Shown here: one piece after another, positions 1 to 27,394 of the stretch
Layout of the letters: each line of letters opens with the position of its first letter
Position numbering within the stretch: the stretch's first letter is position 1
DNA from: Amoebidium appalachense
Lineage: Eukaryota > Protista > Ichthyosporea
Direction: 5' to 3'
Length of the DNA: 64,000 nucleotides
NCBI GenBank assembly: GCA_963693365.1
Contig: CAVNZM010000006.1
Location: 62,001 to 126,000, forward strand
Position numbers and translations under genes: made by a program
Notes under the pieces: generated by a model
Databases searched by the model: none
Told to the model about the DNA's origin: nothing
The model's input: the letters and a program-made list of their open reading frames with translations, nothing else

Positions 1-67
1 AAACGACCATCCCAACGAGCACGTGCACAGACGTTTGACAACAGACCAAACCGCCACCCCCACATAC

Positions 68-7658
<7,591 letters not shown>

Positions 7659-7846
7659 ATTGCTTCTGTCTGACGCCAATAAACTTAAGGGGCCTACTGT
7701 TTATGTGCTGCAGTCCAAAATCACTGTCCTTTTTCACACAGGCCTATTACTATGAAGCTTGGTCGTGCCTTTCGTTTTGTCTCCCACTGACTCCCTAAGT
7801 GAGCGGCCTTGAGCGGCCGCCCTCGAGTCCGGGCTGAGTGGGGTTT

Positions 7847-7880
7847 GTTCGCGCCAAAAAATAATATTGCCAATCAGCAC
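7847..7880. promoter_or_regulatory. Candidate bidirectional promoter elements (E2F-like site and CCAAT box) between head-to-head TOP6B and ALKBH8
   Basis: GTTCGCGCCAAA at 7847-7858 matches the E2F consensus TTTSSCGC on the minus strand. GCCAATCAG lies at ~7869-7877. The two start codons are 474 nt apart. Confidence 0.5.
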
Positions 7881-8131
7881 GCAGGATCTAAATTTCTAGA
7901 GCTGCTTGGGGTCATTACATTTTTCAAACATCAAAATTGCACAGACATTGAAGAATATTTTCTCTTAAAACAAAATATTCATGATAAACCCTACAGGTCT
8001 AGGAATCGAATACAGAACTGGTTTGAACCAGGCCAGACTAGCTGGCCAGGCTTCAATGCTTCGAGCTTGGCACACTTACCGAATGCATGTTCACAAAGTC
8101 GGACTAGGCAGCATACCTTATGGCATTTTAG

Positions 8132-14544
<6,413 letters not shown>

Positions 14545-15911
14545 GGGCCAGCAGGGGATGGGGTGCATGGCGGGGTGGGTGGTTGCCATGGCTGCAACGG
14601 GTGCATGCACATACTTGTAGACTAGTCGTGTGTAATGTGCATGTAGGTCATTATACATGCCCTTAATGTGTGGTAAACATTTGCAATACGTGGTGTGTGC
14701 TATGTACGTAGGTAAGCATGTGTTAGCCATGTGTGTGTTATGCGTATAGGTAAACGTATCAGTCACGTGTGTTATGCGCGTAGGTATTCATGGCGATATT
14801 AATGTTTTAGCGGAAGGCTAATATTGGTCATATTTATGTAATGCACGTAGGTCACACGGGGTCTATGAGTAGACCAATACTAATATTAGTAATGTTATAG
14901 CGTGAGTTATGTACGTAGATAAACATGACAGACTAAATTGGGCAATTGCACGTATGTAGCCACACGTACAGGCCGCTGGGTGCGTGTGTGGATGGGATAT
15001 CAGCCACATGATATGCCCGTGCTTGGGATGTTCATATTTGGTATCCGCACACGCAGCGTAGTACGTATGCACATGCATGGGAAGTCAGCCACGCCGTGAG
15101 TCATGGTGCCAGGGGAGGCGCTGCGCCAGGCTGCAGTGGGCCGATAGTTGGGTTGAATACTCCGTTGTTGTTTTTTTGTTGTTCTTGTTTTTGCGAAGCC
15201 CGGCCTTGTGCTGCACTACCATAACTTGGAGGAAAGGGGGAGGGGGGGGGAGGGGAACCGGGGGGGGGGGGGGGGGAAGGGGGGGGAGGCTCTGGGCATG
15301 AAACTAGGGACGACGTGTAGGATGTGTGTGATCTGCAACCAATGACTAACGTGCAATCCAATGGACTCGCCTGTTGCTTTGCCACATCATTGGTTTGTGC
15401 ACATAAACATTGATATGACCTGACAGATGGCTCTACAGGCCGCATTAAGGGAGCCCTTGTCTCGTTGCGGTGTGCAATAGCATAGTGGTATGGTTCTTCA
15501 TTTTTAACGGACCGTTAAGGCCCGTTGTGGCATGTCGCGATGTGGGACATCTATCAACATGGGGCCAGCATGACGTCAGACACTGGTTGGGCTCGCGGCT
15601 CTCATTTTTGCCTACATATGGTGTGGTTTCTTTTCTTAGCCATGCAGAAATCACCTAAGTTAGAGCCCAGAAGAGATGTGTGTTTCCGACCTGATTACAT
15701 ATGTACATAGTAGCGTTGCCTGCTTTAAGGTTGAATATGGGTGCCACGAGTTAAACAATAACATGCTCCGGTCATTGGCAATTGCAAATTTTTTTGTTTT
15801 TCACGTGGGAAAGCGACCGCAGGGAGGGGGGGTAGTAAAAAGCATATTGCATGTGTGCGCACCTCATCTCACAAAAGTGATCCGGATCCCTGGCCATGGT
15901 GTTCTCGATAC

Positions 15912-16900
15912 CCTGACCAATAGGAACCAACCGCCATACCTGACCAATAGGAACCCACCAACATACCTGACCAATAGGAACCTGCCAGCGATCTGACCAA
16001 TAGGAACCAACCAACGTTAACATACCTGACCAATAGGAACCAACCAACATACCTGACCAACGGAACCAACCAACATATACAGGGGTGCACCCCCCCCCCC
16101 CCCCCCCCCCCCCCCCCCGAAACCAACCAACATATTTGCCCCCCCCCCCCCCCCCCCCCCTCCCCCCCCCCCCCCCCCCCCCCCAACGTTGCAACACACA
16201 CGCACACACAGAAGGGACCTGCGGGGACTCGAAGGACCTGGGGGGAAGGGGTGGGGTGGGTGGGTGTTCATTCCAAACAATCCTTTAAGCTCATGGGATG
16301 AGCCACTTTGCATCGATTGGTAAAGGTGGGTAACCAGGTGAGCTTATTGGCTTAGTTTTTAAAGCCGTTTGATTGGAGCGCCTTCCATATGGCAACCAGA
16401 TTGAACGTTTGATTGGTAAATGTTGAATCGATTGACCGTCTCATCACATGATTGGATGTGTGTGAAGGCGCTCCAATCACAAATGTTTGCCGCGCTCCCA
16501 AATGGCGACAGCTGATTGGAGCGCCTTCAATATGGCAATACGGATTGCTAAAACGATTGGGGCTACCCAAACTTATCGTAAAGGTTTGTTTCCCATGTGG
16601 TGCACGGGGGGGAGGGGAGGGGAGGGGGATGTACGTATATATTTGCAGGCTACTGTGCATCGCATGACGCCATGTTGCGCTGCATCCCGGGAAGTCACAG
16701 CCTGGCATGTCCCCCCCCCCCCCCCCCCTCCCCCTCCACGGTGGTTATCTTAATTTTCCCCCAGCCTCGGCACACTCTAGAATCTTGATTCATTTGAAAA
16801 AGCAAATCTTCTAATTAGTGAACCATCGCTGTACTTGACCAATAGGAACCAAGCAACATGCTTGACCAATAGGAACCAAGCAACATGCTTGACCAATAGA
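15912..16900. repeat. CCAAT-rich intergenic repeat cluster
   Basis: tgaccaataggaacc x~6 (15913-16070) and x3 (16835-16900). Many ATTGG copies lie between 16315 and 16560. Confidence 0.75.
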
Positions 16901-17385
16901 AGCCAGCTTGTAACAATAGATGGTGCCAGATACCTTGAGAACGTTGGCACGATGTGGGCGATGAGTTAGGCTGTGTTTCAAGCTTTGATTGATGGCATAG
17001 AAAGAACTCCAACAAGCCTACCCTAGTACGGCATTGATTATCATCGTTAACAACTGGCACAGAGAAGGTGCAAAAGTGATAGAAAAAGTAAAGCCTTTGT
17101 AGGGTACATACTAAGCTATTTAAAAAGAATAGAGTAAGCAACATCTTAGCAAAATTTTGAGAGACAAGACAAAGCCATTAAAAATTCGCGTCTAACTTTC
17201 ATGTCTATGCCGCTCACAGAGCGCTAATATATATATATATATATATATACAATAACCACATTAAACCTATTCGACTCAACCAAGGTGTTGGTCATACATG
17301 CCCACAGGTTCGGCCAGTGGCTTGCTAATTTTCCAGATAGAGAGAGGTTGACTCGCACCCATGCACTCGCATGTGTTGTGGCACA

Positions 17386-17448
<63 letters not shown>

Positions 17449-17481
17449 TTGCGCACTTATGCATGCCCCAGCCTACTCTGC

Positions 17482-19117
17482 CTAACAGTCGCCACCCAGC
17501 AACCCCTGTTGGATTGCCGTGCCACTTGTCTTGGTGCTGTCCTGGGAGGCTTTAACTTTGCTCTCTGATTGGTCCCCCTGCCTGTCGGGGTGTTCGAGCT
17601 CCAACGGCAGCGCCAGCACCACCTTGACTCCGGCTTCAACCTTGCCGTCAGACTGAGGACTCACATGGCGCCCAACCAGCCCGGTATCCTCCGTGGGGCC
17701 TCTGTCCAGCAACCTGTCATATGCGCTTAAGCCTGCACCCACCCAGGGAGGTGTGCTGCCCGCCGCCTCCTTCCCAGAACCATTTTCCGTGCCGAGTTGC
17801 AGTGGCGGCACTGCGGGGTGATGGTGTGTTTCCTAAAGTTGCCCTCCTCCCACACGTATGCCCTAGGGGCCACCACCAGGGCCGAGGGGGGCGGGGCCAG
17901 GCCCAGAGCCACCCACAGATAGAGCGAGCAGGCCGACTGCAGCAGCCGCAGCACGTGGAAGCACAGCATTAAGGAGGTGGGCAGTACCGGGCCCTGCCAC
18001 TGGCCCTGCCTGGGCTCGTCGAGGCACCGGGGGTTGTCGTGGGGCATGTACACCGTTCAGAACCGTGTCGCCCAGCGCCGCAAAACACAGCACCAGCGTG
18101 CACACCCACTCCCGGTCACGGCTGTGCCCAAAGTGCCGCCGAAACCGCAGCCAATACGCCAAAAACGACCCCAGGCCCAGCACACACACGGCCATCTCCA
18201 GCCACGAAAACACAAGGTCCGGCAAGAGCGGCCGCATACAGACAAAAAACCTCTCCGGGTCAATAGCCAGCTTCCACGAGTAGACAAACCAAAAAGAGAT
18301 CCACAGGATGGCAACAATGCTCCACTGTCGGACGAGCATTTGGCCGGGAATAATCAACCCCGTCGTGTTTCTTGTGCCCAAGCACTGCGTAAAACAGCCC
18401 AACACAGGTGACCGGGTCTGGAAGAGGGTCAGGTGGGAGAGCCATAGGGCCGTAAAGGGGATGTGGCGGAGGGGAAAGAAGGGCCACGAGACAAAGGCCG
18501 TGCCTTTTTTATGGGGGGGGGGAGGGGGGTGGGGGGGTGGGGGATCGTTTGTGTGTGCATGTGCAGAAAAGCGTGTGTGCAAACCGTGATGTTCAATAGT
18601 GGTAGAAGCGCCACGTACTGTGTATGACCGTGCACGTGTCTTGGCGCTCCAAAGAACGTGTAACTTGGCATACTCCCCCGCCTACTTCGTCTTGCCCCAT
18701 TTCCCCTACAACCCGGCTACCTCTTCTCCCCAACCCTTTCGTGTGTGTGCCTGTGTGCAGGCACATAGCAAGTTCGGTGACCTGTGTCTGGGAAGTTGTG
18801 AAAAGTAAACATACCGTGCCTGCCGTGCCAGAAAATAGCCTAGGGTCGTTGGTCTTGCCATAGCGCAAGAAGAGGATGATGTACGACAGAGGGGAGAGTG
18901 CCAGCAGCACACCGTGCCGGGCCCTGGTTTGGCGGATTCTAGCTAACTGTGACCCACTAAGCCCTGGAGTCGCTCTCCCCCTATAAACAAGCAAGAATCT
19001 CGCACATATCACACAGAAAAACAGGGAATAGGCGTAGGATAGTATGGCTAGGATAGTTAACACGTCTTTCGTTTCTCCCGTGGCTGTTGCCTCGGTTTGT
19101 GAGTGCTCTTGGCCCAT
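17482..19117 (-). CDS. Putative multi-pass membrane protein, family unknown; 3' exon structure unresolved
   Basis: Plausible exons 19117-18815 (MGQEH..ILAILSYAYSLFFCVICARF..LLALSPLSYIILFL), 18617-18585 and 18417-~18100 (WSIVAILWISFWFVYSW, MAVCVLGLGSFLAYW). Further hydrophobic and hydrophilic frames extend to 17727/17482. The sequence is non-repetitive and coding-like. Confidence 0.5.
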
Positions 19118-19945
19118 GCCGAGGGGTGGGTGTCCAACAAAGTCTCGTACGTTGGAGCTACCATCCTCCGTGATTCTCTAAACTGAAACATCAGAAGGAA
19201 TGGTGAGTACACGTGTTTCCGGCTACCCTGGAAAGGGCATGTTGCTTCACGTATGTAGGTTGGTACAGGCGCTATACTATACATACGGTATACGGGTAGG
19301 CAATTATAACAGAGCTCGAGCTAATCTGTATCTTTCTTTGTCTTATTGAAGGTACACATCAGCGCTATGTAGGTTCTAGCTGCACTGCAGCATTCAACAG
19401 GCTGATATCTGGTGTTCTTGCAGTGTGACGTCAATTTGTCGGTGACGTAATCCAAGTTTGCCTAGGCTTTACCACGATCGAGGGCCGTGAAATTGGGCCG
19501 TGATCTTTTGCATGCTGCGATTTCGTTTTTTTGAGATTGCGCATTCGCCATATAAAGAAGCCATGCTCAAGGCCGCCTTAAAGTCGTAACCGACCAAGGC
19601 CACCTAATGGCACACGCCTTGCTACTGACCGCCAAGGCTACGCACTAATATCATTAGGTCAAAAGAGTACTAGTGCATGCAGCTGCAGGGGGGTCGAGAC
19701 GGAGGTGTGTGTGAAGTACTAGTGTCACGGTTTAAGAGGGGAGGGGGAGGGAGGGGGAGGGAGGGGAGGGGGGGAGGGGGGGGGGGGGGGGGGGGGGGGA
19801 GCGATTCCCTTTGTGATAAATTGATATCTAGCCTAATCGTGACATGATAAGAAGCAAAAAGGCAAAGAGGCATCATATGATAGAAGCAAAGAAGCAACCA
19901 CATGGAAAGGTAGGGGTTTTTTTCCTTTTCTTTTTCGTGTGGGGG

Positions 19946-19980
<35 letters not shown>

Positions 19981-20203
19981 CCGGGAGGGTGGGAGGGGGG
20001 AGTTCGAGGGGGGGAGGGGGGAAGGGGGGGGGGGGGGGAGGCTTCAAACTTTCGCGGGGAAGGGGGGGGGGGGGGAGAAGGGGGGTTCGGGGAGGGGGGG
20101 GGGGGGGGGATCAAAGAAAAGGAGCAAAGGATCAGAGAGGCAATATGCATGAAGCAAAGATTCAACAATTGCATGTTCTGTCACAAACGTTACAGTGAGT
20201 GTG

Positions 20204-20238
<35 letters not shown>

Positions 20239-22999
20239 TGTTGTTGTTGTTGTTGTTGTTGTTGCTGTTGTTGTTTTGCTTTGTTTTTTTTTTTTGTTTG
20301 TTTTTTTTTTTGGGGGGGGGGGGGAAGCCAGGGGGAACAAAGCAAAGAAGCGAAAAAGCATCGAACTTCAAGCAATTGCAAATGAATGAATGAAGCAAAT
20401 GTGACAAGCAAGCAAATTAGATTTAAAGATTATGTTCCTTCCCCCCCCCCCCCCCCCCGCATATTTAAAATTTTCTTTCTTTCTCTCTTTTCTTAATTAA
20501 ATAATTCTTTCAACCTTTTTTCCCCCCCTTTTTTTGTGTGTGTGTGTGTGTACACAGTGTGTGTGTATGTGAAGGTGTGGCCGAGGGAGGGGAGGGGGGA
20601 GGGGGGGGGGGGGGGGGACAGGGGTTGTAAAAAAGCATTTCACGTGCAAGCCAAGAACTTTTACTAAAGCAGTCCAACGGGGTGCGCGCTATGGGGGAAA
20701 AGGGGGGGGGGGGGGGGGGGGGGGGACACTATAACAAGTTGAACAACGGTGCAGCAACAAACCAAGTCGACTGACAAAGCAGGAACGAAGCAAACAAGCA
20801 AAGAAGCAGAGAAGCAGAGAAGCGACGAACGGCAATAATGTGTGTGTGTTACACTAGTGATGTTACGGAAGAGTATACGTAGGGGTGGGGCCAGGAATAA
20901 CGGAGACTGAGAGAGGGGGGGAAGGAGGGGGGGGAGGGGGGGGGGGGATGAGGGCATATTATAATATGACCTCAACGCACCCATAGTTTAAGATCCCTAC
21001 CCATAGGGTGTATGAAGTTCCCGCCGCGATTAGTAGAGTAGGTGAGAGGGTGACCGAAAGAGGAAGCAGAGATCTAGAGCCAACCTGCATATCACACCAA
21101 CAACGGCTACCCCTATATGAGAGGCACGCCAGATCCACCTCCCTACTGGGAAATAAAGATTTCAGGCACAAGCGTGAAGACATCGATATCTAAAGCCAGG
21201 TGCGCCGTGCAACTACCGACCTTGGCATCGATCTGGGGCAGTTGTCGTGTACCTATGCATGCGTGTGATTGTACGTATGCAAGTACACGAGCACATGTGT
21301 GTAGTGTGTGGGGTCAGAAAACGCTTCACACTAGACGATCTCTGGAGACGGTACTCCACTTATTAGCTAGAAGGGCGGCACCGTAAGCTAGCTATCCATT
21401 ATCTATCGTGTCACTAAACTAAGGCACATGGGGTTGGCACCCAGACTATTAATAAAGTCTTCACACTATTGAGTCGTCACTCAAACCCTTACTATCCCGC
21501 GCTGTCTCGTGTCTGCAGCAATACACAAGTACGACAGCTAGTGACTGCAACCTAACACTAACGTAGCTAAGGTGATCAAGCTTATCCACAAAGGTGCTGA
21601 ATGCTGCAAGTGTGTGTGACGGCACACACACACTGACCATCACAAGTGTCGGGGGTGACCTACAAATGACGGCACACTCGTATTTAATGACTGTCGAGCC
21701 CAGAGCTACTGTCCAGACAGTAGCTGCTTATATACGAAGGCAAGTACACTTGTGCTCTCTTTTGTGGTCCTGGTGCTCTCGGGAACTCACCAGAATCTAA
21801 ACAGATCCAGCCCGGGATCTAGGTGGTGCGTAGCTAGCCAATCGGAGCTAACTGTTAAGAAAAAATAGTCTATCTGTTTATTCCGGCTCTTCCCGGTCAC
21901 GTACTTACAGTAGCCTAGCTGTTCCCGCTATCCCGCCCCGCGTACCGAGTTGGGGCCGCATACGCCAGGAACCATAACTGTCTTCCTATTGGCTAGTACA
22001 TAATCCCGATGACCCGATCTATCCTGAGAGACTATCTGTAATCTTATTGGACGATATATTCGCGGACTGATCCGCGCAGGTATAGGTATAAAGCAGCCGG
22101 ACCATCCTCAGATGGTACCGGAGGATCCGAGATCTCAAACCACTTCCTGCGTACCTCTCTACTCTCGATCCGCTATGTAGAAGTTTGTGTGCACATACAT
22201 CAGAGGGGGCCTGGATATAGTGGATAGATGTCCGACTCGCTCACTAATATTGGTCTGCATGCATCATCTGCGGGCCATTGCAAGGTTTCATATACCTGCG
22301 AGCAGCCACGAGGCAGCCAATAGGAATCCCCGAACCTCCCCGATAAAATTTGAGTCAATCCGCCGACATGCCTGGCAATGATGGCACCAGCCGCGTGGCT
22401 ATTAGGTACATACGTATACTATAGTTACCTATTTTTAAGTGTTATTATTAAGCGATAGGGAGCCCCTACGTATGCGGGAAAAAGCGTAACACATACACAG
22501 CTGTTACCATGTTGTTGTATTGCACATATATATGTACTCTGCAGTTCTAAGTGAGTCGCGCCATGCACCATCACGGTGTCGTGCGCATTCACCGTTGACT
22601 ACGTCCCCTGGCCCTGGACTGGTTATCAGTAAGAATGCGCTCAGGAATGCAGAAAGCAGAGTGTGAACATCTGAGCCAATCATAACCGGGATATATCTGA
22701 CAACATGAGTTACATGACTACGCCTTCTACCGTGCTGTCAGGCACGCATTCTCCGAGTCTAAGGTCAGGATAACTAATACAATAATAAGTTCTTTTTGAA
22801 CCGCATTGCCCATTGATTATACATTCTGCTGGCAGAAAGCTTCAAGAAATTCTCTCATCCGTTGTTCCGATGCATGTGATTTCCCAAGCTGTGTGTACAG
22901 CTGCTGTGGTTGCGCGTTCCAATTGGTCGTGCCTCACATAGTTTCGCCGCTTTTTTCCCATTCCCGAGTCCACACGTGCAGGCCACGGCCATCGGAAAA

Positions 23000-23264
23000 C
23001 ATATGCATACACAGTCATGCATGCTTAACGCACGCACACACGTATATGTACACACACGCGCGGAACGCACACACACACACCTATACACACATCGTAGCAC
23101 ACAGTTGTTGCCAAGTTGATCGTGGGAATAGTATTATGCAGCCCCCCCCCCCCCCCCCCCCCCGGCCCCCCCCCCCCCGGCCCCCCCCCCCCCCCCCCCC
23201 CCAACTGGGTGCTTCCGCGCATGCAGCATGCAGGCTGTGTGAGGCTTTTGGCTAAGCGTCACGT
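23000..23264 (+). repeat. Left arm of a long inverted repeat (partner 27195-27394)
   Basis: catcgtagcacacagttgttgccaagttgatcgtgggaatagtattatgcagc-polyC-gggtgcttccgcgcatgcagca is reverse-complemented within 27195-27394. Confidence 0.85.
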
Positions 23265-24010
23265 GAACTCGAGGACCACGGTGCAGACCCAGAGAAGTAC
23301 CCAGAGACAGTACTGTAGCTGCTGTTTTAGGGTAACCAGTGTGTGTTGTTGTAAAACTTACAGTTGCTAATTAGTTTTTGCTTGTTGATGTTGCACTGCG
23401 TACAAGCCCGCTAAGTCAACACGTGATTATACCCTAGGCCTGTTCACATGCCGAAATGCCAATGACGTGATGTGTTCAGGTGAGCCTTGATTGGGTGTGT
23501 TTCTGCACCGGAATGTGACCGGATAAGCATCTGATAACACGCGTGTGCACGGCCGTGCATCATAGGTTACACTTTGGGTGGCCCATTTTCACCTGTAATT
23601 ACTGTTTACTTCTTCATATTGTGATTCGATGTACCTTGAAATCTTTTTTATTTTACGTGTGGAGGTCATAACGCGCTTGCCACTTGATTCTATTCCCAGG
23701 GTGTTTTGTCGTTTGCCAACCATGGCTTTTATTGCGAGTTTCTATTGGCTTGCACCCATGTCGCTGCGACCGCCCAAAAGAATAAAAAGCCCTCGCCTGA
23801 TGAATCAGCTCTCAGTCAGCGTTTGCCATCCCAAGTTCATCACCAGCTGGTATCGGGGGCGACTACATATTTATCTGCCAGTGATCATAATTGGGCGACA
23901 TCAGTTTCTCCTCTTCCACTACTCCGCCAATTTCTCACCAGCGTGACACCGACGCTTCCGAGTGCACCGAGTGGGTGCATGATGGCGTTGCCACGCGACT
24001 CCACAAGTGC

Positions 24011-25446
24011 CTGCATGCGGGCCTCTGCTGCGGAGTGGCCTAAATAAGTCCACCACGCCTTCTGCCAGCACACCCGGAAGTGCAACAACAAGGGCCTGCT
24101 GTAAAACTATAGCCTACTCTACCCTGAGACTGGAAGCCGAACCGGGCTTCTGCAGGTGCACACCGTAAAGGTACGTGGTGTGTGAGCTGCGACTGCCCCA
24201 CGTGCAAGAGTGACTCCATCCCCCGGGATTACCTCTTGGCCCCCACATGCTGCCCATGGCTGAAACTTCCCTTCCTTCCATGTGATGTAGGGCACGGCAT
24301 CAATCGTGCAGCTTCACAGAGCTTGAGCCCACATAGTGCCGTGTGTGTGTTGTGGGCAATGACGTGTGAGGGATAGGGGACCGGAGGCATGGGGCAGGTA
24401 GGCTGAGGGCATGTGCGGCACGTGCCCTGTGATGCCACACAGGTAGTGGGCCGGACACATGACCCAGTGCATGCATATGTGGTTATTAGGCCCACACGAG
24501 GCGTAGGGGGTGCATGGGACGAACCTGGCACGTGGCTGCATGGCGCTCACAACTAACCCGTACATATGCCCACCCACAGGACTTTGCTGCCAGCCTGCAA
24601 AATGCCATCTACTCGTGTGGCTGTGCACAGCCCTGGCGCATGGAGTATACGTACATACCTGTGCTGATGGTGCAACTTCTGGCTGCATGCTCGGAACCAA
24701 TCACAAGTGCTCATTGTGCACGTGCCCAGCTGCATGCGGGCCTCTGCTGCGGATTGGCCTAAATAAGTCCACCACGCCTTCTGCCAGCACACCCGGAAGC
24801 GCAACAACAAGGGCCTGCTGTAAAACTATAGCCTATTCTACCCTGAGACTGGAAGCCGAACCGGGCTTCTGCAGGTGCACACCGTAAAGGTACGTGGTGT
24901 GTGAGCTGCGACTGCCCCACGTGCAAGAGTGACTCCATCCCCCGGGATTACCTCTTGGCCCCCACATGCTGCCCATGGCTGAAACTTCCCTTCCTTCCAT
25001 GTGATGTAGGGCACGGCATCAATCGTGCAGCTTCACAGAGCTTGAGCCCACATAGTGCCGTGTGTGTGTTGTGGGCAATGATGTGTGAGGGATAGGGGAC
25101 CGGAGGCATGGGGCAGGTAGGCTGAGGGCATGTGCGGCACGTGCCCTGTGATGCCACACAGGTAGTGGGCCGGACACATGGCCCAGTGCATGCATATGTG
25201 GTTATTAGGCCCACACGAGGCGTAGGGGGTGCATGGGACGAACCTGGCACGTGTTCATGGCGCTCACAACTAACCCGTACATATGCCCACCCACAGGACT
25301 TTGCTGCCAGCCTGCAAAATGCCATCTACTCGTGTGGCTGTGCACAGCCCTGGCGCATGGAGTATACGTACATACCTGTGCTGATGGTGCAACTTCTGGC
25401 TGCATGCTCGGAACCAATCACAAGTGCTCATTCTGCACGTGCCCAG
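24011..25446. repeat. Recent near-identical tandem duplication, 2 x ~719 nt
   Basis: 24011-24729 versus 24730-25446. ORFs are duplicated at offsets 719 and 717, with only a few substitutions and one 2-nt indel. Confidence 0.92.
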
Positions 25447-26393
25447 CAACACTAAGACTGGTGCAATGCTCGATATCTCAAAGAGTAGGCTTCTAAACCG
25501 AAATATGTGGTACACAGGCACATGTATTGCGCATGAAGAGATATGAGAGAAGATCAGACGTCAAGTGGGTGTATGTGTGGGCGGCGCTCGGTTTTTGCCT
25601 ATGCCAGTTAGTGGCAGGAGAAGGCTGTCTCCCCTAAGGCCACAGCTTAGCAGAGTCACTAGGAGCTACGACTGGCCGTGGTGGTAGGGCATTTCATTAT
25701 GATCATGTGTTTGGACCGTAACCCATCTGTTACAATATGGCCTTTGCTCTACTACCAACTCATAGGTTCATGTTTTGAACCCGTCTTCCTGCAATTCGTA
25801 CTCCTTGTTATTCGGAATTTTGAAGTGAATAGATGCGTGAGGCTATTACAGGCAGATCCTTACTAGCCCAAAGGGCTGTGTGATGACGCAGGGCGCCGAG
25901 TCCAATACATGTTACTTCGGGGCTCATAACGGGCATTAATATTTAGTTAGTTCAAATAAAGAAATCAACTAAGAGGTGTCTGGTAAAATTCTCGTTGTGG
26001 TGGCGGTGCACGGGGGGGGGAGGGGGGGGGTTCCAATCACAATGCAAGGCACCATACAGATCTGAGCTCTCACATCGACCCACTAAGGTAGCCCACGTGC
26101 CACCCCTGCAGCCAGACCCTAGCCCGTGGCCCCCTCTGTGTTTGTTCTTGCCGCCCTCTCATCCCACTAACCACCCACCCCTCTGCCTCTTCCCTCTCCC
26201 CCCCTCCCCTTCCCAACCCCCCCCCCCTCCCCCCCCATGTGGCGCACAAATACACACCGAAGGTCTCCCCTCCTCCCAATTGGCCGCATCATGTTTGCAC
26301 CAATAGTTTTTGCGCTAAAACCCTTACGATCGGGTGGGAAGACAAAGAGACGGCAATGTTTTCCCCGGCAACACAACTTGTTCCATTTGCCCC

Positions 26394-26424
<31 letters not shown>

Positions 26425-26579
26425 AAAAAAAAAAAAAAAAGAAGAGCACCCCCTTGACGTGCATGCTCGCTAAACAGAAACCCCACTTCATATTATCATA
26501 ATTACTGGATTCACCGTAGACAGCACCTCTGTATATCCAAAGACACACCAGATGGTTGCCTCTACCCCCAACAGTACCG

Positions 26580-26611
<32 letters not shown>

Positions 26612-26943
26612 TTCCTCCCTCGGCCCCCCCCGAGGCTAGTAGGTGAATACAACAGTAGCCCCTATTTATAAGGAGATTCCTCACACACCCGGCTTCAAAA
26701 TACACGATTTGACAATATATTCACCAAAATAAAGACTTTGCCCCAGAAACTATAGCCCAACGCTGTCTGGACCCTAAACGGGGGGGCATGCGGCCCCTTC
26801 AACCCCTCCTTATGGGAGCCTGACGGCCCCTTTATGTCGCTTGGGGATCAAAACGTTCTCCCCTGATTTTATGTCATTGGATCGTTTTTTGTCCAATCAG
26901 GTGCAAGGGGGCTACAGTCATACTGACCTTTGTGTCCCCCCGC

Positions 26944-26975
<32 letters not shown>

Positions 26976-27194
26976 CCTCCCCCACACCTCCCCTCCCCCC
27001 CACACACACACGCACACCACCACCACCACCACCACCACCACCACCACCACCGCTCCCGTGTTGCTGACACCCGTCACGTGACTCTGTCAACCAACATGGT
27101 CATTGGTCCGGCTGTGAAGATAGCTTGAAGGTTTTTGTTCGGTGTTGTGTGTTCACATGGTCATGCTTTGGTCACGATCCATGTAATCACAGTA

Positions 27195-27394
27195 CACTTG
27201 ACGCTTTGTAAAGCCTCGCACAGCCTGTGCTGCATGCGCGGAAGCACCCGTTGGGGGGGGGGGGGGGGGGGGAGGGGGGGGGGGAGGGGGGCTGCATAAT
27301 ACTATTCCCACGATCAACTTGGCAACAACTGTGTGCTACGATGTGTGTATACGTGTGTGCGTGCGTTAAGCATGCATGACCGTGTATGCATATG
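27195..27394 (-). repeat. Right arm of the long inverted repeat (partner 23000-23264)
   Basis: Reverse complement of the left arm, with a shorter (CA) stretch. Confidence 0.85.

Noticed and set aside
17977-18411. Plus-strand basic ORF (144 aa)
   Set aside because: It is the antisense shadow of the hydrophobic minus-strand coding frame.
19820-20830. Recurrent GAAGCAAA words between G-runs
   Set aside because: Degenerate and irregular, with no definable unit, ends or coding signal.
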